Both the position numbers and the translations under genes were made by a program. Shown here one piece after another: positions 9,197 to 18,950 of a stretch of 59,615 bases of DNA. Position 1 is the stretch's first letter. Each line of letters starts with the position of its first letter. The notes below the pieces were generated by a model, which worked only from the letters and a program-made list of their open reading frames with translations, was not told the DNA's origin and did not search any database. Source of the DNA: Bdellovibrionales bacterium (GTDB lineage: Bacteria; Bdellovibrionota; Bdellovibrionia; Bdellovibrionales; JAMPXM01); the NCBI GenBank assembly GCA_043739185.1, contig JAYUEN010000053.1:1-59615 (forward strand). The letters are read 5' to 3'.

Positions 9197-10048
9197 ATGT
9201 CTAAAACAGCTCTTAAGCGACGAATTTCAAAAAAGGAATTTATGAGCAACCCAATCACGATTGATGAATCTGAAGGTCTTGTATTTGCTAGTGAAGAAGA
9301 ACTTTATGATTATTTTCTTCCGCAAACACAGAAGCTTGAGAAGGATTTTTTTATGTCTCGAAAAGAGACAGATATCCCTGAAAGCGAATTTAAAAATTAC
9401 GAAGATCTTCTCAATCATGTATTGAATGATCCCGACGAGGTCTGGGAAGACAGCACGCGATTTAAAAATTGCAAACTCTTTTGTTATGTCGGTCACTATG
9501 TCGTAGATCAAGAAAATGTGTACTATGTTGCTGTAGCTTATCGCACTGGTGATGTCCCGAGTTTTATTTTTCTTCATTATCCATCAAAGGATCTCGAACT
9601 CATAGATGGATTTCGAAAAGGTAAATTGATTTACGACCGAGTTTTAAAAGAAGTTGAAAATGGCGCGGTTGAAGGTGATGCCCTAAGTGAAGGTGACGAT
9701 TTGGCAGTGGGACTATATCGCGCGATGCTCAAGGTTCGCTCAAATACAGACATTGAAGAAGACAAATTTAAATCTTACGAAAATCTAAGAGAGAGCACGA
9801 TTGAAGAAGCCGATGAAATTTGGCGCAGTACTGATCTCAACGGAAATGTTTTGGTGAGCTTCATCAAAGAATTTGGCGAAGACGCTGAAAAAGATTTGCA
9901 CTATGTTGTAGTGACAATCGAAGACCCCGCTTCAAGCAGTCATGCGCTGCTGTTTTCATTTCCGTCACTTGATATCAATCTTCTTGATCGTTATCGTCAT
10001 GGCGAAAATTTACACGCAGAGGAAATTGTACAAGAAGCCAGCCACTAA
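9197..10048 (+). CDS. Acidic protein with two tandem PBECR/Barnase-RelE-like fold repeats
   Basis: Two homologous halves: TDIPESEFKNYE..DPDEVW..YYVAV..FLHYPSKDLELIDGFRKG and TDIEEDKFKSYE..EADEIW..HYVVV..LFSFPSLDINLLDRYRHG. The fold name is an inference. Confidence 0.6.
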   Translation: MSKTALKRRISKKEFMSNPITIDESEGLVFASEEELYDYFLPQTQKLEKDFFMSRKETDIPESEFKNYEDLLNHVLNDPDEVWEDSTRFKNCKLFCYVGHYVVDQENVYYVAVAYRTGDVPSFIFLHYPSKDLELIDGFRKGKLIYDRVLKEVENGAVEGDALSEGDDLAVGLYRAMLKVRSNTDIEEDKFKSYENLRESTIEEADEIWRSTDLNGNVLVSFIKEFGEDAEKDLHYVVVTIEDPASSSHALLFSFPSLDINLLDRYRHGENLHAEEIVQEASH

Positions 10049-10050
10049 AG

Positions 10051-10149
10051 TCAGTTTCTGGCATTCTAGATTCGGTCAACAGCAGCTGACTGAATGCTGT
10101 ACACCGAAACTGGCAAGCGGTTGACGGCCGCTGCTGCCGTTAAAACTGA
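10051..10149 (+). repeat. Dispersed structured non-coding element, copy A (putative ncRNA motif)
   Basis: Shares blocks GGCATTC, GTCAACAGCAGCTGA, CACCGAAACTGGCAAGC, GTTGAC, CGCTGCTGCCGT and AAAACTG with the reverse complement of 39939-40042. Confidence 0.85.
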
Positions 10150-10231
10150 TTCAAATGGTCCTGTTCACAATCTTGACACCTGCAAATCGCAATAGGTGCC
10201 CATTTTTGCAAATTGAAGCATCCAAATGACC

Positions 10232-10300
10232 TGTCTCAATATGAAACACTCATAATGAATCTATCCGAACTGAGAGCGAAGCTCTGGTCAGTCTTTTGCT
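10232..10300 (+). promoter_or_regulatory. Palindromic operator plus sigma54 promoter of the downstream lipoprotein gene
   Basis: TGTCTCA-ATA-TGAAACA at 10232-10248; TGGTCAGTCTTTTGCT (GG-N10-GC) at 10285-10300. Confidence 0.65.
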
Positions 10301-10336
10301 CTAATAGAAAGTAGGGAATAAAAATGGGGAGGATTT

Positions 10337-11086
10337 ATGGGAAGAAATTCAGACAATACTCAAATCAAATTATCAAAGCTTAGTATCTTTGCAGTAATGC
10401 TTGTAGGATGGCTCGCATCAGGTTGTGGCGCCACTCAGTCGGGTGGTCAGCCTGCAACAAGCCTCGGCTCGATAACGCCTCTAACGCCAATAGCAGCTAA
10501 TTCGCAGAACACTATATGTAATCAAATGTCGACTACGAGCACTCGTTTCAATGCAAGTTTAAGAACGGTGGATGGCAATCCAAATATGATTAGAGTTCGA
10601 ATCACTGGCATGACCAGTCTTTATGATGGGAATCCAAATGCCAATATTCAATTTTTTAGATGGAAGGTCGTAAATGGCGTCAGCAATTTGGATTCATCTC
10701 CTCTGAGCTTTCATATCGAAGGTGCAAGTCACAATGGTGTAAGTGGGCACCAGTACTCTAATACTATGACCGGAATTGCTATGACGGACGTTAAGCAAAT
10801 CGCAAGTGCAAACTTTTTAAATGTGCAAACGGCTGAGCAATTTTTTAACGCAGTCGACATCATAGTTCATGACGTCAGCTTTGATTATTCAGCTCTCAAA
10901 TTTGTTTTGTACAATGGTGGGACGGTGACGGCTTCAAATGACGCCTTAATGCCTCCATTTGCGGTGAATCCTAAAAGCTATGCTTCAACTCATGCGCCAG
11001 TACTCAATGGGCTTCATCCATTTGCGAATCAGTTGAACTTGACCGATGCGCAGTATTTAGCAAACGCTCAAAGCTTTTGCTTTTAA
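10337..11086 (+). CDS. Hypothetical lipoprotein
   Basis: Strong GGGGAGG RBS, LASGC lipobox, C-terminal FCF. Confidence 0.8.
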   Translation: MGRNSDNTQIKLSKLSIFAVMLVGWLASGCGATQSGGQPATSLGSITPLTPIAANSQNTICNQMSTTSTRFNASLRTVDGNPNMIRVRITGMTSLYDGNPNANIQFFRWKVVNGVSNLDSSPLSFHIEGASHNGVSGHQYSNTMTGIAMTDVKQIASANFLNVQTAEQFFNAVDIIVHDVSFDYSALKFVLYNGGTVTASNDALMPPFAVNPKSYASTHAPVLNGLHPFANQLNLTDAQYLANAQSFCF

Positions 11087-11151
11087 AGAACTAGTTGAGA
11101 AACGGCGCATTCGACTTGAAGCTTTGAGTTTAAAGATAAATAATCTTTTGC

Positions 11152-12036
11152 ATGTTTAAAAATCTGGGCTTAGTCATTTTAGTTTTAATTTCATTTTCAT
11201 GTGCTCATAAGACACTGAATATACCTGTCGGCGAAGAAGACCGGTTAACTTTCAATCAATTTACAAAAGTAGAGTTAAAAGAACCCGTATTGTTGCGACT
11301 AAAAGGCATTCAGGGGAGCAGCGAAACGACCAAATTCAATAGTGCGTCTAAGACTGAAGTTTTTGAAGGAAGCTCGCTCACCAATACGATTGAAGAATCA
11401 ATTGAGTTTATGTCAAAGGCAGAAATCACCAAGATTCTTGCAAGTGATGAATTTACTGAAAAAGTAACAACTTTTAAAAAAGACGGGCAAATTGATTTGC
11501 ATGATTTTGCTATGCCTGAAGTAGGCGAAGAACTTGCGATAACTTTTAACTCAATGGGGAAGATTTTAAAGGTAAATAATCTTCCGAGAGAGAGTTTGTA
11601 TTATGTGCCGCCAGTTTCTTTACCCAAAGAGAAAGTGAGTATTGGCGACACCTGGAATATGAGTGCGCATTGGGTTACCGAGCAGGGCGTGCCACTTAGT
11701 TTGAGTTTGCTCAGCATTTTGAAAGGCTTTATAGAATGCGGAAAGAAAGAAATCTGTGCGGATATTGAACTCTCGGGCGATGTGACAATCGATTCAAATA
11801 TGGCGGGAGTCATTTTTCAAAGCATCTGGAAGGGCCGAATTTTTTTCTCGCTTGAGCGCGGAAGTTTGATCTGGTCTCTCGTTGAAAGTCATGAGGCTTG
11901 GAACACCGAAAAAGCTCATCGCGATGTACGCTCTTGTTTAGAGTCCAATTTAGTTGAACCCAACGACTATCATTTCTGGAAAAATGAAAATCATAAATGC
12001 GCAATCCCTAGTTTAGAAAAAGCCGCCCAGGACTAG
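11152..12036 (+). CDS. Hypothetical beta-rich lipoprotein
   Basis: FSC lipobox; LPKEKVSIGDTW motif typical of beta-sheet periplasmic proteins. Confidence 0.75.
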   Translation: MFKNLGLVILVLISFSCAHKTLNIPVGEEDRLTFNQFTKVELKEPVLLRLKGIQGSSETTKFNSASKTEVFEGSSLTNTIEESIEFMSKAEITKILASDEFTEKVTTFKKDGQIDLHDFAMPEVGEELAITFNSMGKILKVNNLPRESLYYVPPVSLPKEKVSIGDTWNMSAHWVTEQGVPLSLSLLSILKGFIECGKKEICADIELSGDVTIDSNMAGVIFQSIWKGRIFFSLERGSLIWSLVESHEAWNTEKAHRDVRSCLESNLVEPNDYHFWKNENHKCAIPSLEKAAQD

Positions 12037-12084
12037 ATGAGTCTAAAATTAATGCGAAGGTCCCATTAATTTTAGGCTCATCTA

Positions 12085-14415
12085 CTAATCTTTGAGTTCG
12101 GCCCAGGTAACCCCGTCGCCGCCAATTTCCTGCGGAGAGGCCTTCCATTTTTTAACATAAACACTGCGCGAGAGATGAGCGCGAATGGCTTTTTTAAGGG
12201 CTTCGGTGCCGTGTCCATGTACTATCTTGATGCGATCTTCGCCGGCAAGTGCGGCGGCATCTAATTGCATTTCGAGTTGCCCGATGGCTTCATCAACTCG
12301 CAAGCCGCGCACATCAACCACGCGTTCGGAGTCTTGAAGAGCGACACTAATATTTGAATGTCTGCGAATAATTTGCGAGGTGGGATTGCTTAAATTTTGC
12401 GGGGCCTTGAGCTGACTCCAGTGAATCATCAGCCGCATTGAGTTTGATAATACCGGAATCTCACCCTTGGTATTGGCTTTTCCCTGTATGATGCCTTCTT
12501 GGCCAACACTCGTTATATGCACCATTGAGCCTGGCGGATAAGCCTTCTCAAAATCTTCTGCACTTTCGATTTTGCGCTTCGACGTCGCTTGCGTAGAGGC
12601 CTTCACAATCTCGGGCATTTCAGATTTAATTTGAGAGAGCTTTTCAAAGCGCTTGAAGACTTGATCGGCATGGGATTGATCAATTAAAGTATCAATTTTC
12701 TTTTCGGTTTTTTTAATTATTCTCTCGAGCCACTGATCGCGTTCAAGGCGAAAGTTTTGAATAAGCACCATATATTTTCGTTTGGACTCGCGCGCAGATC
12801 TTGATTCATTTTCAAGATCTCTTTGTCTGCGCTGCAAATCATCTTTCAAGCTTTCGATATCTCGTAAATAACTGTGCTCGAGTTTGGCTTCAGATGAAAG
12901 AAGTTCGAGGGCGCGGTCTAAGATTTTTTCATCGACGCCCACTCGTCTTGCGGTGAGAAGTGCGAGCGAGCGCCCGGGGACTCCCATGAAAAATTTGTAG
13001 GTCGGAAGGCCAGATTGCTGATCATATTCAAGGCTTCCGTTGGTAACACCTGAGCCTTGCTCCCAGCCAACCTTGAGGGGCCCAAGATGCGACGTGATAA
13101 CTGCGAAAACTTGGTTCGAGGCATATTTTTCGATGAAGCTGCGAGCGAGTGATGAGCCTTCTTCGGGATCGGTTGAACCACAAATTTCATCGATCAGTAA
13201 TAAATTTTCATGACCTTTAAGGCTAGCAGCTTTGCCGAGAATTTTTAAGTGTGCGGCAAAAGTTGAGAGGGCCTCGTCGACACTTTGTGAGTCGCCAATA
13301 CCTATGGTTAGAGTTTTAAAAAAAGGTAGTGTTGATTCTTCGGCAGCACAAATCGGAAGTCCGCAACATGCCATATGGCTCGCCAAACCCACGGCTTTGA
13401 GTAAAACAGTTTTACCGCCGGCATTGGGGCCAGAAAGAAGTAAGATGCGCTCTTTGTCTTGTAGGAGTACGGTATTGGCTACGACTTTTTCATTTTTTAA
13501 TACGAGTAAGGGGTGTCTCACATCGATTAAGTGTAACTTCATTTCTGAAAACTCACAGAAACTAGCTTCAAGTGCATCTGCTAATTTTGCCTGCGCCAAA
13601 CGAGAATCAACTTCAGCTAGGGCGTCGTGACTGCGTTCAAAATAATTGAGCTGCGTCGAGAGATATTCGGAGAGCGAAACCAAGAGGCGCTCAATTTCTT
13701 GCTCGATTTCAACATCTAGTTGTCGCAAGCGATTATTGAGAGGAATGACCTCTTCGGGCTCCATAAAAACAGTTTGTTTGGACTGACTTGAAGCATGAAT
13801 GATGCCATCAAAGGCGTGTTGCATGCCGCCCTTGACTGGTAAGACCCAGCGCCCTTCGCGAGTGGTGACAAATCTTTCTTGAAGGATAGACTCCATATCA
13901 TTTTTTTTGACAATGCGGTCGAGGGTCGATTGTAAATTTTTAACTTGCGATGATTGTTCACGGTAAAGATTATAGAGCGCTTCGCTTGCATCGGTGCGAA
14001 TTTCGCCACCGGGACTCATGATGTGGTCGATCGCAGACAGTGGGCCGGTCGCGTCCATGAGTTGAGTTTTAATCTTTGCGATCCAGGGGCTTTTCATTTC
14101 ACTTATGATTTCTGAAAGTGCAATTGTTTCAAGACAGAAACGTCTGACATCTTTGAGTTCAAGAGTTTGTAGGACAGCATTTCTTTTGAGTCGTTGATGC
14201 CAGTTGGGATAGAGATCGAGACTCTCCATAAAAGGACGTTCGCCGAAACTTAAAATATTTTGAGCCTCGGCAATTTCACGAAAGCTTTGGGTCGCCTGTT
14301 CGGGACTAGCTAGTGGTTTAATGTCTCGCAAGCGTGAACGAACCAATTCGCTGGTGGCAAATTTTTCAAGCTGCTCTAAAATTTCAATCCAATCGAGATT
14401 TTTATAAACGTGCAC
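12085..14415 (-). CDS. mutS2: MutS2 (MutS-type ATPase with C-terminal Smr domain)
   Basis: SGPNAGGKT, STFAAH, LIDEICGSTDPEEG; Smr motif VDVRG..IVHGHGT..GGDGVT. Confidence 0.95.
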   Translation of the reverse strand: MHVYKNLDWIEILEQLEKFATSELVRSRLRDIKPLASPEQATQSFREIAEAQNILSFGERPFMESLDLYPNWHQRLKRNAVLQTLELKDVRRFCLETIALSEIISEMKSPWIAKIKTQLMDATGPLSAIDHIMSPGGEIRTDASEALYNLYREQSSQVKNLQSTLDRIVKKNDMESILQERFVTTREGRWVLPVKGGMQHAFDGIIHASSQSKQTVFMEPEEVIPLNNRLRQLDVEIEQEIERLLVSLSEYLSTQLNYFERSHDALAEVDSRLAQAKLADALEASFCEFSEMKLHLIDVRHPLLVLKNEKVVANTVLLQDKERILLLSGPNAGGKTVLLKAVGLASHMACCGLPICAAEESTLPFFKTLTIGIGDSQSVDEALSTFAAHLKILGKAASLKGHENLLLIDEICGSTDPEEGSSLARSFIEKYASNQVFAVITSHLGPLKVGWEQGSGVTNGSLEYDQQSGLPTYKFFMGVPGRSLALLTARRVGVDEKILDRALELLSSEAKLEHSYLRDIESLKDDLQRRQRDLENESRSARESKRKYMVLIQNFRLERDQWLERIIKKTEKKIDTLIDQSHADQVFKRFEKLSQIKSEMPEIVKASTQATSKRKIESAEDFEKAYPPGSMVHITSVGQEGIIQGKANTKGEIPVLSNSMRLMIHWSQLKAPQNLSNPTSQIIRRHSNISVALQDSERVVDVRGLRVDEAIGQLEMQLDAAALAGEDRIKIVHGHGTEALKKAIRAHLSRSVYVKKWKASPQEIGGDGVTWAELKD

Positions 14416-15955
14416 GTTTTGGTCCTATCTTTGCCAATATTAGAACACAAAGAATGATAGCTCCAAGTAAGATATCCCAGATATAAAATATTTTTTCATA
14501 AAGAGTATGTTCGGCATTTTTAAGATATGGTACGTCATACAAATGGCTCCATTCTTTGGAAGTCGGAGATTTCTCGAGAAAATCTCCGTTTGGTAAAATC
14601 ACGCTGGTGATTCCGGTATTGGTGGCGCGAATGACGGGTCTGCGAAACTCAATCGCTCGCGCGGCGGTCATATAAAGATGCTGATAGGGTTCAAACCAAG
14701 TGCCGTACCAAGAATCATTGGTCACATTGATAATAATTTCGGCGCCAAGAAGAGAGAGGTCGCGTGCGATACTCGAGTAAAGACCCTCATAACAAATTTC
14801 TGGGCCAAATTTGATATCATTTATTTTAAATAAATTGGCGCCATGACCTCTGCCAAATTCAGTCAGGTCGAGCCATTTCAAAACCTTTGGATAATACTTT
14901 GAGAACGGAACATATTCTCCGAAGGCGAGCAAAATATTCTTATCATAGGGCGGCTGGCGAACAACACCATCTTTTTCAATGAGAAAGATCGAATTGTATA
15001 TTTGCCTGGTAAAAGGATTTTCATGATAAGCACCAGTAAATAAATTTATCTTATTTTTGGCCGCAAAATTTCGCATTGAGACATTTCGCGGTTCACTTTG
15101 ATAAAGATTATCAAGGTGATCGGCAAAACCAGTTTCTGGCCAAATGACAAATTCAGCTCCGGGGTTTTGAGCAAGCGCCGCTTCGCTTTGATTAATAAAT
15201 TTATTCATTATGAAATCTTGAAAACCTCGACCTTTTTCGGCGTAAATTTTCTCACTATTGCCAATATTGGCTTGAATGGCGAGAACCTTAGTTGATCGGT
15301 CTGGAATTGGTAAGGATTTAGCATGTAGATCGCCCAATAAGTTCATTAGCAAAATCAGAGCAAATGGACTGAGTGCAAAATACCAGAATTTTTTATTGGA
15401 CTCAGCTCTGGCAAAATAGGCTAAGCAGAATAATGTACTAGAGAGAATCGCTATGATATTGAGGCCTTCAAAACCAATCCAATCTGCAAGTTGGTAGCCC
15501 TTAAGTCCCCCATAAAGCCATTCGTAGCCAAAGTGCCAAGGAAACAATACCAAAAAATACTTTTGCAATAGTGCAAACAGAGCAAACATCAACAAAAGAC
15601 TTTGATTCGTACTCAGCTTAAACTTTTTTTGCAGCCAAAACCAAAGCAGACCAGCAACGGGATAATACAAATGCGCAGTCGCAGCGAAGCCAAGCAAGGT
15701 AAGTGCTGCGAGCCAACTCGGAAAATGGCCAAATTCTGCAGCTAAATAGTAAATCCAGTGAAAGCCGATGAGATTCAGAACAAATTGCGCCAACCAGCCG
15801 GCAAAAAAACTCTCAAATGGAGTTTTTGATCTCATCCAAAAAATAAAAAGCGGAACCAAACAAAAAAACAAAGCCCAAGGTTGAAACGGAATATAACTTG
15901 TGCCAAGAAAAATTCCTGCTATTATGGGTAGGAAGTAATATTTTAGTTTTCGCAT
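14402..15955 (-). CDS. lnt: Apolipoprotein N-acyltransferase
   Basis: Multiple TM helices, IQANI, WPET, YDK..LLAFGEYVP, ICYE, TNDSW, RATNTGIT (E-K-C triad). Confidence 0.95.
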   Translation of the reverse strand: MRKLKYYFLPIIAGIFLGTSYIPFQPWALFFCLVPLFIFWMRSKTPFESFFAGWLAQFVLNLIGFHWIYYLAAEFGHFPSWLAALTLLGFAATAHLYYPVAGLLWFWLQKKFKLSTNQSLLLMFALFALLQKYFLVLFPWHFGYEWLYGGLKGYQLADWIGFEGLNIIAILSSTLFCLAYFARAESNKKFWYFALSPFALILLMNLLGDLHAKSLPIPDRSTKVLAIQANIGNSEKIYAEKGRGFQDFIMNKFINQSEAALAQNPGAEFVIWPETGFADHLDNLYQSEPRNVSMRNFAAKNKINLFTGAYHENPFTRQIYNSIFLIEKDGVVRQPPYDKNILLAFGEYVPFSKYYPKVLKWLDLTEFGRGHGANLFKINDIKFGPEICYEGLYSSIARDLSLLGAEIIINVTNDSWYGTWFEPYQHLYMTAARAIEFRRPVIRATNTGITSVILPNGDFLEKSPTSKEWSHLYDVPYLKNAEHTLYEKIFYIWDILLGAIILCVLILAKIGPKRARL

Positions 15956-16012
15956 AAAGAAATTTCCTAAATTGGCTAAACCTCACGAGAGGCGAACTAG
16001 GAGTTTACAAAA

Positions 16013-16537
16013 ATGGATTTCAACATTGAAAAATCATCGCAATTTTCGAATCCTTCGTCTTCTCAAAATTTTGATTCGAATCATTTGACAAAGCAAACAC
16101 AAAGTGGCGAAGCGCTTTCTTATAGAAAGTCTTCAGTAAAAGGTAATTTGAGCATCAATGATCTTTGGGAGGCCGTACAAGAAGCTTACGAAATCGAATG
16201 GCGACACCAAGAATTTATTTTGGCTTGCTATCGCTCGGGCTGCCTGTATTTTGCTTCCCAAAAATATGCTCGCATTTTAAACATTTCTCCGACAGAAGGA
16301 ATTGCATTGAAGATGCAAGCACAAATCGAAGCACTAGCTAGTCGGGATCGTTTGGCGAAAAGTCCCGATGAGAGTAAGCCAGAGCCCTCTCGGATGAGCA
16401 GTTTTATAGCGGTATTGGGGCTTTTAATTGCTGCCCTCGGATTTGTCGGACCAAATTTTAGAAATCTCGTTGGCGTGGGGATTTCAATCTTTGTTATGGC
16501 ACTTGGCTTGAGATATTTTGTTACCAAGCCCAATTGA
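16013..16537 (+). CDS. Hypothetical membrane protein
   Basis: Two C-terminal TM helices; GGAG RBS. Confidence 0.7.
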   Translation: MDFNIEKSSQFSNPSSSQNFDSNHLTKQTQSGEALSYRKSSVKGNLSINDLWEAVQEAYEIEWRHQEFILACYRSGCLYFASQKYARILNISPTEGIALKMQAQIEALASRDRLAKSPDESKPEPSRMSSFIAVLGLLIAALGFVGPNFRNLVGVGISIFVMALGLRYFVTKPN

Positions 16538-16555
16538 TTTCAAACTGGCAATTTT

Positions 16556-18442
16556 TTAGCTGGCAATTTTTGAGCGCGAGTTTTTCGGTGTTGAGGCCAC
16601 AACAATTATTTCTCGCATTTGATGAAGATCACCAAGGTATTTTACGCCACCGAGTTTATAGGCCTCTCCAGGCATTCCCCAAACCAAAGAAGAATTTTGA
16701 TCTTGAGCCATCGTATAAGCACCCGCTCTCATAAGTTCAAGCATTCCTGCGGCGCCGTCTTTTCCCATGCCAGTAAGTAAAATCGCTATGATTTTTTTAT
16801 GAGTAATAAAGCTTGCACTCTGAAAGAGAAAATCAACACTCGGGCGTTGACTCCAAATTTTTTCAGCATTTGAGAGATAGCAACTCAAACGATCACCGGC
16901 TTCTCGAATCCCAACGTGAGCATCGATGAGCGGCATATAAATGTGACCGGGCACAAGCTCTTGACCATGTCTCACCACCCCGGCTTTGAGCCCAGAAGTA
17001 TCACAGAGACGTTTAAAAAATGCCGTCGCAAATTCAACCGGAATATGTTGAACGCAAACAATTGGTGGAGCTGTCTTGGGCATTTTTGAAAGTAGGGCGG
17101 TCATGGCCTCGGTTCCACCAGTACTTGCGCCGATTAAAATAAGATCGGCGTTTTCAAATTCAGCTCGTTGCCGCTCAAGCGGATCACCACTCTTGTCTAA
17201 ATTTGCAAATTTTGTTCGTCCCGCAATGACAATGCTCCGTAGACGGGCGACGAATTCATCAGGCGAAGAACCAATCCAGCTTTTATTCATATAATCTTGC
17301 GCGAGCCCGTTTAAAGCCTCTAAAATATGGGGTGCATCTTCGGCCTGTACATCGGTCAAAAGAACGACCGGTGATTGAAAGTTGTTCTTTCTGCTTTCAC
17401 TGAGCCATTCAAGCCCACTTTTGCCAGGAAGATTAAAATCTAAAATCACCAAATCGACAATATGGTCTGAAAGATAAGAGGTGGCTTCATCGGGACTAAG
17501 AGCCATCGCACAATCAATGCCGTGTTTTCGAAGATGCGTTCGCACCCACTCACAAATGCTTTTTGAATCATCAACCACCAAAAATTTCATGGTGGCTTCT
17601 TGATCATTTTTAGGAAGTGAGTTTTCAATTCGAGTATAGGTCGAATTGCCAACACAAGTGACATCAAAATCGCTGGCATGAATAGATTCACAATGCCCAA
17701 TGCTTAAAAAACCATTTGGTTTTAAAAATCTCAAGAGTTTTGAAATACTGGCATTGACCTCTTCAGGTTTAAAATAGATCAAAACATTTCTGCAGAAAAT
17801 GAGATCGAAATATCCAAGTTCTAAGTTTTGAATTTCATGTAGATTGGCTCTGAAAAAGAACGAACGCTTGCGAATTTGTGCGTCGACAGTAAAGCATCTT
17901 TCTGAGAGATTTTTTTTGTATTGAAAATAGGCTTGATATGCACGGGGAATCCCTTCGAACTTTTCAATGTCATAGGTGCCGGTTTTTGCCTTTTCAAGAC
18001 TGATGGGGTCTAAGTCGCCGCCATAGAGTTCATATTCAAAGCCTACAAAGAGTTTGCGAAAATTTTCGAGAATGCATCCGACCGAATAAAGTTCTTCACC
18101 AGTTGAGCAGGCAGCACTTAAGAATCTAAATTTTTGGCCGATCAATTGCGGACCCAGTTCTCTTAAGCGGCGTTCGAGCATGCGATAATGCGGAAGCTCT
18201 CGAAACCAACTTGTGGTATGAATGGTCATGGCCGAAATGAGGTGATCCATCTCTTCAGGGTTTTGCGCGACGAAATCAAGATAGTCGGCCAAACCATTGC
18301 ACTGATTTGCATTCAGTCTTCGAATAACGTTGGTGATGATGATTTCGTGACGTGAGCTTTCTGAAAAAGCGGTGCCGGTGATTTCTCTTGCTAGCTTAAA
18401 GACCAACTCACGTTCAGGAATCTGTAAGGATTCAACTGCCAT
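16556..18442 (-). CDS. CheR-REC-CheB fusion (methyltransferase + receiver + methylesterase)
   Basis: CheR: TIHTTSWFRE, SAACSTGEE, DLIFCRNVLIYF. REC: VVDD, ILDFNLP, YMNK. CheB: GASTGG, VQHI, PSVDFLF, LLTGMGKDG. Confidence 0.92.
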   Translation of the reverse strand: MAVESLQIPERELVFKLAREITGTAFSESSRHEIIITNVIRRLNANQCNGLADYLDFVAQNPEEMDHLISAMTIHTTSWFRELPHYRMLERRLRELGPQLIGQKFRFLSAACSTGEELYSVGCILENFRKLFVGFEYELYGGDLDPISLEKAKTGTYDIEKFEGIPRAYQAYFQYKKNLSERCFTVDAQIRKRSFFFRANLHEIQNLELGYFDLIFCRNVLIYFKPEEVNASISKLLRFLKPNGFLSIGHCESIHASDFDVTCVGNSTYTRIENSLPKNDQEATMKFLVVDDSKSICEWVRTHLRKHGIDCAMALSPDEATSYLSDHIVDLVILDFNLPGKSGLEWLSESRKNNFQSPVVLLTDVQAEDAPHILEALNGLAQDYMNKSWIGSSPDEFVARLRSIVIAGRTKFANLDKSGDPLERQRAEFENADLILIGASTGGTEAMTALLSKMPKTAPPIVCVQHIPVEFATAFFKRLCDTSGLKAGVVRHGQELVPGHIYMPLIDAHVGIREAGDRLSCYLSNAEKIWSQRPSVDFLFQSASFITHKKIIAILLTGMGKDGAAGMLELMRAGAYTMAQDQNSSLVWGMPGEAYKLGGVKYLGDLHQMREIIVVASTPKNSRSKIAS

Positions 18443-18443
18443 A

Positions 18444-18950
18444 TCAACCTGACATCAACTTTGTACTTTGAATATGCACATAATCCTCTGAAGAAAAGGA
18501 TTTGTTCAGATCAATAACTGTGATCATTTCATCGTTGAATTGGGCGACTCCAATCATATAGTGAGTTGGAACATCGGTTTTAATATTTGGATTTTTTTCG
18601 ATCTTATCGTCATCAAGAGAGATAACAGCCTCGACATGGTCGACCTGCGCCGCGATCGGTCCGCTGTCTGAATCAAAAATCAAAAATGTTTTTTTGGCTA
18701 CTTCGGTTTCAGGCATTTGAAAACGTTTTTTCAAATCAACTAGCCCCATAATTTGGCCGCGATAATTGATCAATCCCAAAAAATATGGAGCGGTATTTGG
18801 GATCATTTTGACTGTTTGATTTTCAACCACTTGTTTGACGGCCAAAAGTGGAGTTGCATATAGCTCTGCATTGAGCTTGAAGAGCAAGAATTTATGGCTA
18901 TCGAGCTCTTGAAATTCAATGGTATCCAAAATAGATTTTGCGGTACTCAA
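18444..18950 (-). CDS. cheW: Chemotaxis coupling protein CheW
   Basis: IPNTAPYFLGLINYRGQIMGLVDL motif. TTG start at 18950 after GGAG overlaps the cheA stop. Confidence 0.92.
   Translation of the reverse strand: MSTAKSILDTIEFQELDSHKFLLFKLNAELYATPLLAVKQVVENQTVKMIPNTAPYFLGLINYRGQIMGLVDLKKRFQMPETEVAKKTFLIFDSDSGPIAAQVDHVEAVISLDDDKIEKNPNIKTDVPTHYMIGVAQFNDEMITVIDLNKSFSSEDYVHIQSTKLMSG

Noticed and set aside
9942..10124. 60-aa ORF overlapping element copy A
   Set aside because: Out-of-frame overlap with a real gene; the same frame is interrupted earlier in copy B.
10051..10149. Repeated element as an integron attC site, canonical hammerhead or IscB omega-RNA start
   Set aside because: GGTCAAC/GTTGACG does not fit RYYYAAC/GTTRRRY and no integrase is present. 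CUGANGA spacing and stem II are not canonical. No IscB/TnpB ORF lies nearby.
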